Assembly (NCBI GenBank): GCA_964421015.1
Contig: CAYQUS010000001.1
Span: 300,726-364,725, forward strand
From: an uncultured Planctomycetia bacterium
Lineage (GTDB): Bacteria; Omnitrophota; Gorgyraeia; Tantalellales; Tantalellaceae
Length of the DNA stretch: 64,000 nucleotides
Direction of reading: 5' to 3'
Part shown: positions 27,966 through 38,127 of the stretch, piece after piece
Layout of the letters: each line of letters opens with the position of its first letter
Numbering within the stretch: the first letter of the stretch is position 1
Made by a program: the position numbers and the translations under genes
The notes under the pieces: generated by a model
The model's input: the letters and a program-made list of their open reading frames with translations, nothing else
Database searches by the model: none
What the model was told of the DNA's origin: nothing

Positions 27966-29006
27966 TTACTTCCCGATAACCCTTCGATAAGCTTCGGCGG
28001 TCTTTTCAGCCACTTTTTCCCATGTGAAATTCTTAAGTATGTGTTCTTTAAGTTCCACGGTTCTATCCGAGGAATAAGCTTTGTCAACTGAGGCCCTTAT
28101 GGAAAAAATGTCTTCAGGTTTGGCGTAAAAGGCCATGTCACCGAAATACTCCCTGGTACTTCCTTCCTCCGTAATGACCACTTTGGAACCCGACAAACCC
28201 GCTTCCAAAGCGGCAAGACCTGGCGTCTCGAACCAGCTGGTAAGAGCGAATATGCCGGAGGCCGCGTACGCGGAAGAGAGTAATGTGGACTCATGCTCCA
28301 CCCGCCCTATGAAAAAGGTATTTTCAGAGGCCTCTTTTCTGCATTGTTCGTAATAGTCCGTATAATCCGAAACAGGCTCTCCGGCAAAAACAACCGTGCG
28401 TCCTGTCCCCTTCATGGCCCTTATGAAATTAAGCTGGTTTTTCCTGGGCTCTATACGTCCCGCATACAGGATAAAATCCTTTTTACCGTACCTTTCTATA
28501 AATTCAGCCGCATCGGCTTCCCTGAACCTGAGGTCAACCCCGTTGGGAACTACAGACATCTTCCTCCTGGAAATCCCGAAAAGCTTGGTTATCTGTTCGG
28601 CTTCCATAATGGAATTGGGAAGCATTATATCCGAAAGCTCCATGGTCTCTCTTCGCCCTGAAGGGAAATAAGGGAAAACCCGTTTTACGGCGTGCCGGAC
28701 CAAAAGTCCGGTTTTTTTGAGAATATCTCCCTCTTCCCTTAGAGCCCGTTTAAGACCGGACCAGAAGATCGGGGACAAAACCACTTTAACTCCCCTATTA
28801 CGCGCCGCGGCCATAAGACCCGTACAGTCTTTGACCGAACCGAAAACATGCAGTATATCAAAATCTTCCAGTTTGTCTTTCCACTGGTCAAAAAGCTTAA
28901 CTTCCACCCCCGCTTTTCTCAGATATTCCCCTGTCTTTATAAGCTGTACCTCACCGCCCCCCGGATTCTGGAACGCGGATGGGTAAGAATAAAAAGCCGC
29001 TCTCAT
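27966..29006 (-). CDS. GT4-family glycosyltransferase.
   Basis: 346 aa. C-terminus ETPGLAALEAGLSGSKVVITEEGSTREYFGD is a GT4 EX7E-like motif. Confidence 0.75.
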   Translation of the reverse strand: MRAAFYSYPSAFQNPGGGEVQLIKTGEYLRKAGVEVKLFDQWKDKLEDFDILHVFGSVKDCTGLMAAARNRGVKVVLSPIFWSGLKRALREEGDILKKTGLLVRHAVKRVFPYFPSGRRETMELSDIMLPNSIMEAEQITKLFGISRRKMSVVPNGVDLRFREADAAEFIERYGKKDFILYAGRIEPRKNQLNFIRAMKGTGRTVVFAGEPVSDYTDYYEQCRKEASENTFFIGRVEHESTLLSSAYAASGIFALTSWFETPGLAALEAGLSGSKVVITEEGSTREYFGDMAFYAKPEDIFSIRASVDKAYSSDRTVELKEHILKNFTWEKVAEKTAEAYRRVIGK

Positions 29007-29752
29007 CCGATCCCTCCTTCACGCAACAACCCGAAATATTTCCTGTATTTTAAATAGTCGTAATACGCGCAAAGCGAATAAAAATCAAAACCTTCCTTAC
29101 CGTCCAAAAAACCCATCTGGATAAAATACCTCTTTAAAAAAGTCCATGCGGGTTTAAGAAAAAGCCGGTACGGTTTAACGACCTGTCCTCTATCACGCAT
29201 ATTGAAAGCTTCCAGATCGGTATAAAGATCCAGCTTCTTAATATACTCTTCTTTTGATGCCGTCGAGTAATGGAGTATCGGGTTAGTTAAACATCCGGCA
29301 CAACCCTTTATTTCTACTTTTTCATGAACGAGGCCCGTAAAAGCTCCTTTTTCTTTCCTGAATATCCTCAAGTGCCTGTCGTTCTGATGCCCCCCATAAC
29401 GCATTTCTCTGCCGAAAATAATGTTGCTCCTGGGGATAAAATATCCGTCATACTTATCTGAGGACAAGGCTCTTTTTATCTCTGCCGCGAGAGCTTCAGT
29501 GACAATTTCATCGGCATCCAGTGAAAATATCCATTCCCCAACGGCCTGTTTAACGGCAAAATTCTTCTGTGACGAAAAATCGTCGAATTCCCGGGAAAAA
29601 GTCTTTGCTCCTCCGGATCTTGCGACTTCGATTGTTCTGTCCGAAGACCCTGAATCCACGACAATAACCTCATCCGCCCAAGCCACCGATCTCAGACACT
29701 CCTGAAGTTTCTTTTCCTCATTAAGAGCTATTATTACGGCACTTATACCCAT
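29003..29752 (-). CDS. GT2-family glycosyltransferase (WaaE/KdtX-like LPS-core type).
   Basis: 249 aa. ISAVIIALNEEKKLQECLRSV...EVIVVDSGSSDRT...FSLDADE. Confidence 0.75.
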   Translation of the reverse strand: MGISAVIIALNEEKKLQECLRSVAWADEVIVVDSGSSDRTIEVARSGGAKTFSREFDDFSSQKNFAVKQAVGEWIFSLDADEIVTEALAAEIKRALSSDKYDGYFIPRSNIIFGREMRYGGHQNDRHLRIFRKEKGAFTGLVHEKVEIKGCAGCLTNPILHYSTASKEEYIKKLDLYTDLEAFNMRDRGQVVKPYRLFLKPAWTFLKRYFIQMGFLDGKEGFDFYSLCAYYDYLKYRKYFGLLREGGIG

Positions 29753-29770
29753 ACTCTTTCTTCCTCTGTG

Positions 29771-30721
29771 TCACTTGAAAATTCCAAAAACATCCCTGTC
29801 CGTTGGCCCTGCCTCACCATAGGCCCGGGCACATCTCTTTCTGACGGCCTCCGGGAATCTTTTTAAAGCCTGAAAAAATCCCTTTACAGCGGCAATATCC
29901 CCCCGCCAGACCCACCAAAGCAGTCGGATAGGTATAAAAATAAGGTGCGTTATCCAGTATCCTGGATAGGAAATATTTTTCCAGAAAAAAAAGGCGCTGT
30001 TGCGGCTGTCTATCGCGGAGACACCCTTTTTGCCGAACTTCTTCCCGAAACTCGCCCCTCCCATGTGGTATACGACGGATCCGGGCTCATAACGGCACTT
30101 CCACCCTCTTTTCCATGCGCGGAAACATATATCGGAATCCTCCAGCCTTCCGGGAAGATAAAGATCGTCATATCCTCCCAGCTCAAGGAACATATCTCTC
30201 CTTACTGCCCCGAACCCTGTCTGAAAGGTATTCCCGCTCGTGTCAACTTCCTTTTCCCACCCATCATACCTGGCCTTAGCGCCGAACCAGCCGTATTTTA
30301 TAAAACCCTTGGACCTGCCCCCCTCAAGCTCTTCACCGGTAAAATTGAAACATTTCGGAGCTACCATAAAAATATCACTGCTATTTTCAAGGGTCTTTAC
30401 CATAGGATCAAGAAAATCCTCTTTAACCTTCATATCGTTATTGAGAAGCACCGCTATCTCTTCGCTCTGGTCACGCACGACCTTGTTATACGAACAGAAT
30501 ACCCTGTTATCCATGGGCACGACCGTTATGTCTCCGGAAAAAGCTTCAAGCGCCGTAAGGCTGGCATCTGTACTCTGATTATCTATTACGGTGATCCTGG
30601 CCTCCCGGGAGGACATGTTTTTTGCCTTAATGATCGAAGGCATGCACTCGGGGATGAATTTTTCACCGTTGTAGTTAAGCACTATAATATTAACTTTCAT
30701 GTCCTCTCCGAATGATCTCAC
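29771..30721 (-). CDS. GT2-family glycosyltransferase.
   Basis: 316 aa. VNIIVLNYNGEKFIPECMPSI...ITVIDNQSTD...LLNNDM. Confidence 0.7.
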   Translation of the reverse strand: MRSFGEDMKVNIIVLNYNGEKFIPECMPSIIKAKNMSSREARITVIDNQSTDASLTALEAFSGDITVVPMDNRVFCSYNKVVRDQSEEIAVLLNNDMKVKEDFLDPMVKTLENSSDIFMVAPKCFNFTGEELEGGRSKGFIKYGWFGAKARYDGWEKEVDTSGNTFQTGFGAVRRDMFLELGGYDDLYLPGRLEDSDICFRAWKRGWKCRYEPGSVVYHMGGASFGKKFGKKGVSAIDSRNSAFFFWKNISYPGYWITHLIFIPIRLLWWVWRGDIAAVKGFFQALKRFPEAVRKRCARAYGEAGPTDRDVFGIFK

Positions 30722-32601
30722 TTTATCCTGTAAATAGAATACTCCACTCCCCTGGCGTTCCCGGAAACAGGCTTGTTGCGATAAACAAGTTCAAGAAAAT
30801 CCTCCCGAAAACCGCTGTCCCTGATCAAACCTGTAAGCCTTCTTCTGTCCTGAAACTCAGGGGTCTTATTTTCGTAATCCGCGTAAAGAATATGAGAAAA
30901 CCCCTCTGACTTAAGCTTGTTTATTACCTCGGCCCCGCCGCCGAGATATTTATCGTACCTATCGAATATCCACCAGTAGATTTCACGCCTGTAGGGTTTA
31001 TCTATGAAAAAAGTGTTGCTTTCGTTAACTACCATTATTTTCACGTTTTCATCAGTGATACCGTTTATATACATCGAAACATCAAAAGACCTTTCATTAT
31101 CCGACAGGTAATCCTCTTCGCTTGTTATACCAAAAACCACTTTGCCTCTGTCTATATTTCTGTAAATGTTTAAGGACAGGTGAATAACTAAAAACGCCGA
31201 TACGGTGAACATCAGCAGTCTTTTCAGGGTTCTACTGTTCCACTCTGAGGCAAGCACCCACGCTGATAGCACACTAAGAAAAGGTATGGCCGGAAGAAAA
31301 AACCTCATATGCTGATATTGGAAGAACCAGAAAAGCGTGTACAGAAGTGAAAAGCCCATTACGTATTTCAGTATACGCGTGAGTTTCCCCGTTAAAAGAA
31401 GACCCGGGATAAGCGCCAGAAAAAGCGCCCCGAGCCTTTCCCCTCCGAACTCTTCCGGGCGCATGGCTGTTCTCCACGGCAGACTTAAAAAACTTCCCAA
31501 CCCCGTAGACATTCCGTGCGAAACTCTTATCGACCTTTCCGATACAAGCTTCAACACCTCATTATCCAACCCACCTCCCCCGAAAATATCCGAAAAAAAC
31601 GGGAATAATGGAGTGCCTCTTACCACATACTGCCTCAGATACCAAACAGACGAAAATAGAGCCGCAGCCAGCATAAAAGATAGAATCGCTTTGCCTTCCA
31701 TCTTAAGCTCCGTAGGCTTTTTGAAAAAAGCTGCCGCGAAAAAACATACAAGAAGTATGATCGGCACCACCGCGAAAAAATATTTTACCGAAAGCCCGAA
31801 CCCGCACATAACCCCTGAAAACAACGCCCATCTAAAATCTTTATTCTCCTGATACAGAACAAAGGCATAAAAAGCCAGAAAGGCGTATAAAACGGAGCCA
31901 AGATCCACATAGGTATGCGTAGCCTCGGAAAATACCGCGGGGGTCAGAAAAAAAATCGTGGAGGCAAACACTCCGGTTTTTACCGAAAAGAACCTTTTTG
32001 AGAAGGCGTAAACCGCCGCGGCCGAAAAAACAGCCAGAGAAAAATGGAAAAGACCGGTTAAAGGGAAAAGCCCTAAAACGAGAGCCATGGTGTAATACAT
32101 CTCAACAAGGTACGGCCACAAACAGTTAGTACTGTTAAAAGGTATAAGTCCGACCGTCCCAGCCCCGGCGAAATATTTGGCGTCAGTGAGATGGTAAACC
32201 ATCGAATCGTTGCTAAAAGACGGCGCCATGGCTCCAACCATGGTTACCGCCATGCCCGTTAATAGCAGGCACAAAAAGAACCCGGTAAAAGCTTCTCTCC
32301 CCGCTTTTGACATTACGGAAAATGCCACGGGAATATCCCTGAGGCACATTCTTATTTCCGGCAATACCAGAATAGCGATGGCCATGATAACCCCAGCGGT
32401 AACTAGAGGATAGAGTATTCTAAGGATACCTAAAAAGAGGATAACGCAGGATAGCGTTCCAAAACCCATGGCGAAGGAAAAGACCATATTTTCGGAGACA
32501 GAAATGGTCTTTAGACCCGCTGCGCCAAGCAGCTTTCTCCCGAGAGCCCATAGAACCAGCACTAAAACAAAAAAAACAGATATGCTTATAAAATAATCCA
32601 T
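30718..32601 (-). CDS. Large polytopic membrane protein with a ~200-aa C-terminal extracytoplasmic domain. Possible GT-C glycosyltransferase or polymerase.
   Basis: 627 aa. The N-terminal ~420 aa is very hydrophobic (more than 12 helices). The C-terminal portion is soluble. The stop overlaps the upstream start by 4 nt. Confidence 0.4.
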   Translation of the reverse strand: MDYFISISVFFVLVLVLWALGRKLLGAAGLKTISVSENMVFSFAMGFGTLSCVILFLGILRILYPLVTAGVIMAIAILVLPEIRMCLRDIPVAFSVMSKAGREAFTGFFLCLLLTGMAVTMVGAMAPSFSNDSMVYHLTDAKYFAGAGTVGLIPFNSTNCLWPYLVEMYYTMALVLGLFPLTGLFHFSLAVFSAAAVYAFSKRFFSVKTGVFASTIFFLTPAVFSEATHTYVDLGSVLYAFLAFYAFVLYQENKDFRWALFSGVMCGFGLSVKYFFAVVPIILLVCFFAAAFFKKPTELKMEGKAILSFMLAAALFSSVWYLRQYVVRGTPLFPFFSDIFGGGGLDNEVLKLVSERSIRVSHGMSTGLGSFLSLPWRTAMRPEEFGGERLGALFLALIPGLLLTGKLTRILKYVMGFSLLYTLFWFFQYQHMRFFLPAIPFLSVLSAWVLASEWNSRTLKRLLMFTVSAFLVIHLSLNIYRNIDRGKVVFGITSEEDYLSDNERSFDVSMYINGITDENVKIMVVNESNTFFIDKPYRREIYWWIFDRYDKYLGGGAEVINKLKSEGFSHILYADYENKTPEFQDRRRLTGLIRDSGFREDFLELVYRNKPVSGNARGVEYSIYRIK

Positions 32602-32602
32602 C

Positions 32603-34204
32603 TCAGAGCTTTTCCTTAAGGTCGTATATCACATAGCCCAAAGACCGCCTCTCAAGTTTTTTCCTGTACCCGTCCGCTCTCGAACCGGACAGCGCCAGAA
32701 TTTCCCACAAGAACCTGTCAAAAGTACCTTTTTCAGGTTCCTCGTAAACCCTTTCCCCGGCTTCAACAAGCCTGTAATTATTTTCCAGATATTCTTTGAA
32801 AGCCTGGTCTGAATCAAACTCATCAAGGTTTCCACATACAAAATAGTCTGCCCCTTCCTCTCTTCTTTTCTCGAGAAGATCTATATTGCCTTTCATAGCC
32901 GGCAGATATTGCGACCACCCCTTTCTCCCGCAGTAGTAAAGAAGCATCGCGTCAGGCCCGAAAGATGTGAGAATAAGATCTTTTTCCCCAGTAATATGGT
33001 TTACCCTGGCGCCAAGCTCCTCCTGGAACTCGAATACCGGTTTGTATTTTATTTTTGGGAACACAATAACGAATATACTTACGGTTACAAGAGCCCAGAA
33101 AAACAACTTAACTGTCTTTTTAAGAAAACCACCCCTAATTCGGCCGAAGACCGAATAATACCCCAAAGCCGCCAGTATCGCTCCGGGAGGGAGAAAATGT
33201 ATCTTGTAATAGTCCTGCACGGAAGCCATCGGGACAAGGAAGATAAAAGCCGCTGCCGCAAAGATCCATGAGAACAGTACCCATTTCAGCGTTTCCTCTT
33301 TTTTAGAAAAACATCCAAGAATAGCCAGGATAAAGATACCCGGGGAGAATATTACCCAGGAAACCTGCTTAAGGATAACCCTCCAGAATTCAATTGAAAA
33401 AGAATTTTCTATTATCTGCGATATGAGGAATTTCGGTCCGAAAATGGCCTCCCCCTCCACCAGAGTATACTCTGTGGGAAAGGCGGCACGCACCGAACCG
33501 GAATGTATCACCCACCACCAAGCGTTAACAGCAAGCACAAACGTGAGCGGTATTAAAAACAATGGGATAAGCCTAGTTTTTCTGAAGATCAGAAATAACG
33601 CCGCGATAAAAACAAGTATGTACAGATTGGTAAGTTTTAGAAGTATGAAAAGCGTGAGCGCCAAAGATGCCGTAACAAGATCTACCACCCTCTCATCCCT
33701 CAACCACTTTATGGCATGGTAAATCAAAACGAACATGGCAAGAAGCATAAAACTTTCCGCCTGAAATACTCTGCTCATAAGTATGGAAATGGGAGCTATA
33801 CAGTAAAACACCAAGGCTGTCAAAGCAGTCCTGTCGCCCGATATCAGAAAACATAGCCTGAAAAAATAAAAAGCCGACAGGCCGAATAGAATTATCACCG
33901 GTAACCTGAACACCCAGTTGTGGTCACCAGCCGCCCTTATGATAAAAGAAACGGAGTAAGGTAAAACAGGAAGCTCGAACATGAAATATCCGGGAGAAGC
34001 TCCGTCATTATCGACCCTGGGCAATAAAAAACTCGAAGCAGGGTCCTGGGCATAGTTTCGTGCTATGGCCGTTCCCATAGCCTGACGGAGAGGATTAAAG
34101 TCAAATAAGGCGCCGTTTATGTTGTAGAACCTGATGCCGATAGCCGCTAATATTATCGCAGCGGCTATAATATTCCTTCGGCTTACTGAAAAAACACCGG
34201 TCAT
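32603..34204 (-). CDS. Polytopic membrane protein, PMT_2/ArnT-like GT-C glycosyltransferase candidate.
   Basis: About 533 aa from the ATG at 34204. This start forms an ATGA overlap with the stop of the upstream gene, verified in sequence. The protein begins MTGVFSVSRRNIIAAAIIL. There are more than 10 TM helices and a soluble C-terminal domain. Confidence 0.45.
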   Translation of the reverse strand: MTGVFSVSRRNIIAAAIILAAIGIRFYNINGALFDFNPLRQAMGTAIARNYAQDPASSFLLPRVDNDGASPGYFMFELPVLPYSVSFIIRAAGDHNWVFRLPVIILFGLSAFYFFRLCFLISGDRTALTALVFYCIAPISILMSRVFQAESFMLLAMFVLIYHAIKWLRDERVVDLVTASLALTLFILLKLTNLYILVFIAALFLIFRKTRLIPLFLIPLTFVLAVNAWWWVIHSGSVRAAFPTEYTLVEGEAIFGPKFLISQIIENSFSIEFWRVILKQVSWVIFSPGIFILAILGCFSKKEETLKWVLFSWIFAAAAFIFLVPMASVQDYYKIHFLPPGAILAALGYYSVFGRIRGGFLKKTVKLFFWALVTVSIFVIVFPKIKYKPVFEFQEELGARVNHITGEKDLILTSFGPDAMLLYYCGRKGWSQYLPAMKGNIDLLEKRREEGADYFVCGNLDEFDSDQAFKEYLENNYRLVEAGERVYEEPEKGTFDRFLWEILALSGSRADGYRKKLERRSLGYVIYDLKEKL

Positions 34205-35775
34205 TTTTCTCCCCCGGACCTTCCCGCGCACATATACTGTGCCCCGGCCGGCAGCCACCCCAGGGAAGGCTCCATGCGCCGTAACATCCTTAAAAACCCC
34301 GGGAAAAATACAATGTACCTTTTTCTGTAAGTTTCAAGGCCCGCCCCATGAATAAGTTTTTCTGCGTCATTGAGTGTTAAAAGCGAGGTGTTTTTGTCAA
34401 GAACCGAAAATTTTACGGTCAATCGCGTAAGTGGGTTATACGGGTTATGCTCAAAAATTATGACCACTCCTTCTTTCGCCAGAAAATCCGATATTTTTTT
34501 AAGGAAAGAACCCCTGTCTTCGGGACTCACATGATGCAGTACGTTAGCCATGATAACGGCTTGAAATTTATTGCCTGCCATATCGTTTATATCGTCCAGG
34601 AACCTTACCCCTCTTACATTATTTGCCGCTTCTTTTACGGACGCGCTTGAGATGTCGTACCCGGTTATTCCAACCTTGTTCTTTTCAAAATGTTCACGTA
34701 AAAATCGGCTCACAAGCCCTACCCCGCATCCGTAATCCAATATGTTACCTCTAAAATTTTCCCCAAGAAGCTCTTTAACACATTCCGCCTTGTAATTCGC
34801 GAAATACTCCGGTCCCTCTCCCGAGAATCTCACGTCGCGGTTGAGTATACTGCTGTAATCCCGTCCGAATTTGTCGAACTCGGCCCCGCTTTGTTGCGCA
34901 GAGAAATATTCTTCTATGCTCTTAGGGGCGTAGCCAAGATCGGAGGCGGCTTCGGAAATGTCGTAAGATTTCTCCGAAAACAGCCTGGGTATCTGATCCA
35001 TAGCGAACCCTCTTCCTCTTGTCGCTAAAACCACCGCCCTGGCACCTATGGCTAAAAGCGGCATCGGGATGTGTACTTTTACTTTTGAAATTTTTTTAAA
35101 ACCAAGCAATTTTTCTACAAAGACGTTGTACTCCAGGCTTTCTGGACCGGCTATCGTGTAGATCTTGCATCGCAGGTATTCCTTTTCGATGCAGGTTAAA
35201 AGCACCGAAATAAGATCCGACACATGTACGGGGGAAACAGTGTACTTTCCATTTCCGGGAACAGGAATGAACGGCAGAGAATCTACCTTGTCGATAAGCA
35301 TGTTTATACCGCTTTTGTCCGATATACCGTAAACCTCCGAAGGCCGTAAAATGACCCAGTCCATTATCGACTTTTTAACATGCTCTTCTCCCCGGAGTTT
35401 TGAAACGCTGTATTCCCCGCCCAAAACCGAAATAGCCTGTGTGCTGACATATATGAACCTTTTAACGCCGTTTTCCTCGCACGCTTTTACAAGCAGTCTT
35501 GTCCCTTCGGTGTTGACCCTGAAATAAAGACCGGCATCGTTGGTATGGGTAACGGCCGCCATGTGTACGACCGTATCTACACCCTTAAGAAAAGAACCGT
35601 AAGAATCCGGATCCAGGATATTTCCGGTAACTCTTTCTACTTCCGGATAAAGAAGCTCCGGGTCTCCCGGAAGACAAAGCGATCGTATCCTGTATCTTGA
35701 TCTTATAAGCTCTTTCAGGAGAAAATTACCAATTTTCCCGGACGCTCCGGTTATAAAAACCCTTTTTCCTGTCAT
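34201..35775 (-). CDS. Fusion protein. N-terminal NAD-dependent epimerase/dehydratase (extended SDR) and C-terminal class I SAM methyltransferase.
   Basis: The start at 35775 forms an ATGA overlap with the upstream stop, verified. N-terminus: KRVFITGASGKIGNFLLKEL plus VVHMAAVTH. C-terminal ~200 aa: ILDYGCGVGLVSRFL...AVIMANVLHHVSPEDR...GVVIIFEHNPYNP. Confidence 0.7.
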   Translation of the reverse strand: MTGKRVFITGASGKIGNFLLKELIRSRYRIRSLCLPGDPELLYPEVERVTGNILDPDSYGSFLKGVDTVVHMAAVTHTNDAGLYFRVNTEGTRLLVKACEENGVKRFIYVSTQAISVLGGEYSVSKLRGEEHVKKSIMDWVILRPSEVYGISDKSGINMLIDKVDSLPFIPVPGNGKYTVSPVHVSDLISVLLTCIEKEYLRCKIYTIAGPESLEYNVFVEKLLGFKKISKVKVHIPMPLLAIGARAVVLATRGRGFAMDQIPRLFSEKSYDISEAASDLGYAPKSIEEYFSAQQSGAEFDKFGRDYSSILNRDVRFSGEGPEYFANYKAECVKELLGENFRGNILDYGCGVGLVSRFLREHFEKNKVGITGYDISSASVKEAANNVRGVRFLDDINDMAGNKFQAVIMANVLHHVSPEDRGSFLKKISDFLAKEGVVIIFEHNPYNPLTRLTVKFSVLDKNTSLLTLNDAEKLIHGAGLETYRKRYIVFFPGFLRMLRRMEPSLGWLPAGAQYMCAGRSGGEK

Positions 35776-36485
35776 TTCGCTGAGAACTCCCTGATCCTGG
35801 CTTTGAGCATATTTCTGAGGAACTCGAGTATAGTGCCGTACTTGACAAATGAATTTCTGTAATTGCATTTATAGAATTTGGAAGGTATGGAAGCTACCGA
35901 AAGCTTAAGCCTCCTGGCCTGTATCATTATCTCCGCGTCAAGGAACCAGTCGTCGGAAGAAAGGTCCATTTTTTCGTAAGCTTCCCGTCTTATCACTTTA
36001 GGTTTAGAGTTCACATCTACGGCATTTATACCGGGGAACATGATAAAAAATAATATGTTGTAAACTACCGAAATTATCCTTCTGACAATGCCGTCGTGCC
36101 GCACCACCCTGTAGGTTTTAACAAGGTCGAGGTTATCCTTCTTGATCTTGCGATAAACCCTCACTATGTCCCTGTAAGGCATCTGTTCATCCCCGTCAAT
36201 AAGGCATACATAATTCCCTTCCGCCATTTTAAGTCCGCTTCTGGCGTCCCACCCCATCATCCCTTCCTTGGGCATGGCCACGTACTTTATATTTTCATGC
36301 CGCGAAGCTATGTCTTTCACGATAAAGGGAGTTTCGTCCCCCTTGCCTTCGAAATAATTCCCCACAAGAACTATCTCCCAGGACGGCAGAAACCTGTCCA
36401 CAAGCTTAACGACCTTTTCGACAAAATCATACGCCCTGCCGCCGGCCGCGTAACAAAGTATTACTACCGACAACTCTGCCCGCAT
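35772..36485 (-). CDS. GT2 glycosyltransferase (DPM1-like polyprenyl-phosphate-sugar synthase type).
   Basis: 237 aa. LSVVILCYAAGGRAYDFVEKVV...EIVLVGNYFEGKGDETPF...YVCLIDGDEQMP. Confidence 0.65.
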   Translation of the reverse strand: MRAELSVVILCYAAGGRAYDFVEKVVKLVDRFLPSWEIVLVGNYFEGKGDETPFIVKDIASRHENIKYVAMPKEGMMGWDARSGLKMAEGNYVCLIDGDEQMPYRDIVRVYRKIKKDNLDLVKTYRVVRHDGIVRRIISVVYNILFFIMFPGINAVDVNSKPKVIRREAYEKMDLSSDDWFLDAEIMIQARRLKLSVASIPSKFYKCNYRNSFVKYGTILEFLRNMLKARIREFSAK

Positions 36486-36511
36486 AAGATATCTCCCGTT
36501 TTTTAAAGACC

Positions 36512-37096
36512 TTATAGCGTTCTTATTACCTTGTTCCCGTCAAGATTGTAGCGCTTAGCGCACTTTGCGCATTCCGAGGACCCGTTTTCGAACTCCAGCT
36601 TTTCACCGCACTCACACATCCAGCCTTTTATACGGGCGGGATTACCGTAGACAAGAGCATAGTCTGGAATATCCTTTGTCACGACGGATCCGGCTCCTAC
36701 AAAAACTGACCTGCCGATAGTATTACCGCATACTATGGTAGCGTTGGCCCCCACGCTGGCTCCTCTTTTAAGGACTGTTTTTAAAAACTCCTTTTCCCTG
36801 TCTCTCGGATATTCGGACCTTGGATTAAAAACATTGGTAAAAACACAGGAAGGACCGCAAAAAACATAATCCTCAAGAACTATCTTGTCATAAATAGAAA
36901 CATTGTTTTGAATTTTTACACCGTTGCCTATCACAACGTCTCCCCCTATAAAAACATTCTGCCCTATCTGGCACTTCTCCCCTATGACAGCCCCTTTAGA
37001 CACATGAGAAAAATGCCAGATCTTGGTTCCCGTGCCTATTTTAGCTCCGTCATCCACGTAACTTGATTCGTGCACAAAATAATTTTTTTCTTCCAT
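36512..37096 (-). CDS. Hexapeptide-repeat (LbH) sugar N-acetyltransferase (WbpD/PglD/WlbB-like), with a C-terminal Cys4 element.
   Basis: 194 aa. Consecutive hexapeptide repeats [68 protein letters not shown] at the C-terminus. Confidence 0.8.
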   Translation of the reverse strand: MEEKNYFVHESSYVDDGAKIGTGTKIWHFSHVSKGAVIGEKCQIGQNVFIGGDVVIGNGVKIQNNVSIYDKIVLEDYVFCGPSCVFTNVFNPRSEYPRDREKEFLKTVLKRGASVGANATIVCGNTIGRSVFVGAGSVVTKDIPDYALVYGNPARIKGWMCECGEKLEFENGSSECAKCAKRYNLDGNKVIRTL

Positions 37097-37116
37097 GTCG
37101 TCTCCTAGTATGCATT

Positions 37117-38127
37117 TTAGATTTTTACGGGAACTCCGTTATTACTCAACGATTCCTGCGCCTTTTCCAGTATCTTTACTACCTCAAGCCCGTTACGCCC
37201 GTCTGTAAGAGGTTTCTTCTTATTTTTAATGCACTCAAGAAAATGCAGACATTCCAGCCTGAGGGGCTCAGACATATCCACCCTCGGAAGATATATGTCC
37301 CCTGTTCTCAGCGTAAGATAATCCCCATAGGAATCAAAACCGGATTTTTCTCCCTTGTCGAAACCTTTATTGTATATCTTAATTTTCTCGACGCTCTGCA
37401 CATCGTCAAACACAAGCATTTTTTTACTGCCCACTATGGTCAGTTTTCGCTCTTTATGGGGATCGAGCCAGGATATCTGCACCTGGGCCATTTTCTTGTC
37501 CTTAAAGTACATGGAAAGGAAAACTACATCCTCGAGGCCCTTCTGCAGGTAACACTGGCCTCTTGCTGACACATTCTCGACTTCCGAACCAAAAAGATAA
37601 AGCAGCATCGATATGTCATGGGGCGCGAAGCTCCAAAGAGAATTCTCATCTTTCCTTATCGTTCCCAGATTGACCCGCAGAGAATAGGCGTAATAAACGT
37701 CGCCGAGGTCCCCTGAATCTATGTACCCTTTAATCTGCCGAAGCGCTGGGTGATAAAGCATAAGATGCCCGACCATAAGGGGTATGTTCTTCCGTTCCGA
37801 TATAGCGACAATCTCCTTGCAATGCTCTTCCTTGAGAGCCATTGGTTTTTCCACATATGTAGCCTTGCCTGCCTCGAGAGCGGCCTTGGCAAGACGGTAA
37901 TGGTCCACGGCAGGAGCGGCTATTACCACGCCATCAATTTTTGGATCCGACAATATGAGATCAAAATCATCGGTAGCCACCGGGAGGTTGAACGCCTTTT
38001 TAGCGGACTCTAATTTCTTTTTATCCACGTCACAACAGGCATACAGAACCCCGAGATCATAATAGTTCCTGACCAGATGTTTCCCCCAGCTTCCGGTTCC
38101 GACAACAGCTATCTTAAGATCTTTCAT
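37117..38127 (-). CDS. Gfo/Idh/MocA-family NAD(P)-dependent oxidoreductase. Sugar-nucleotide 3-dehydrogenase candidate (WbpB/GnnA-like).
   Basis: 336 aa. [18 protein letters not shown] Rossmann motif, EKPMA motif. Context: next to the LbH acetyltransferase. Confidence 0.75.
   Translation of the reverse strand: MKDLKIAVVGTGSWGKHLVRNYYDLGVLYACCDVDKKKLESAKKAFNLPVATDDFDLILSDPKIDGVVIAAPAVDHYRLAKAALEAGKATYVEKPMALKEEHCKEIVAISERKNIPLMVGHLMLYHPALRQIKGYIDSGDLGDVYYAYSLRVNLGTIRKDENSLWSFAPHDISMLLYLFGSEVENVSARGQCYLQKGLEDVVFLSMYFKDKKMAQVQISWLDPHKERKLTIVGSKKMLVFDDVQSVEKIKIYNKGFDKGEKSGFDSYGDYLTLRTGDIYLPRVDMSEPLRLECLHFLECIKNKKKPLTDGRNGLEVVKILEKAQESLSNNGVPVKI

Noticed and set aside
30718-32601. PglB/STT3-type oligosaccharyltransferase among the large polytopic membrane proteins, which would indicate an N-glycosylation system.
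   Set aside because: None of the candidates contains the WWDYG motif or an STT3-like C-terminal domain. 30718-32601 has only a loose YWWIFDRY segment, not the motif.
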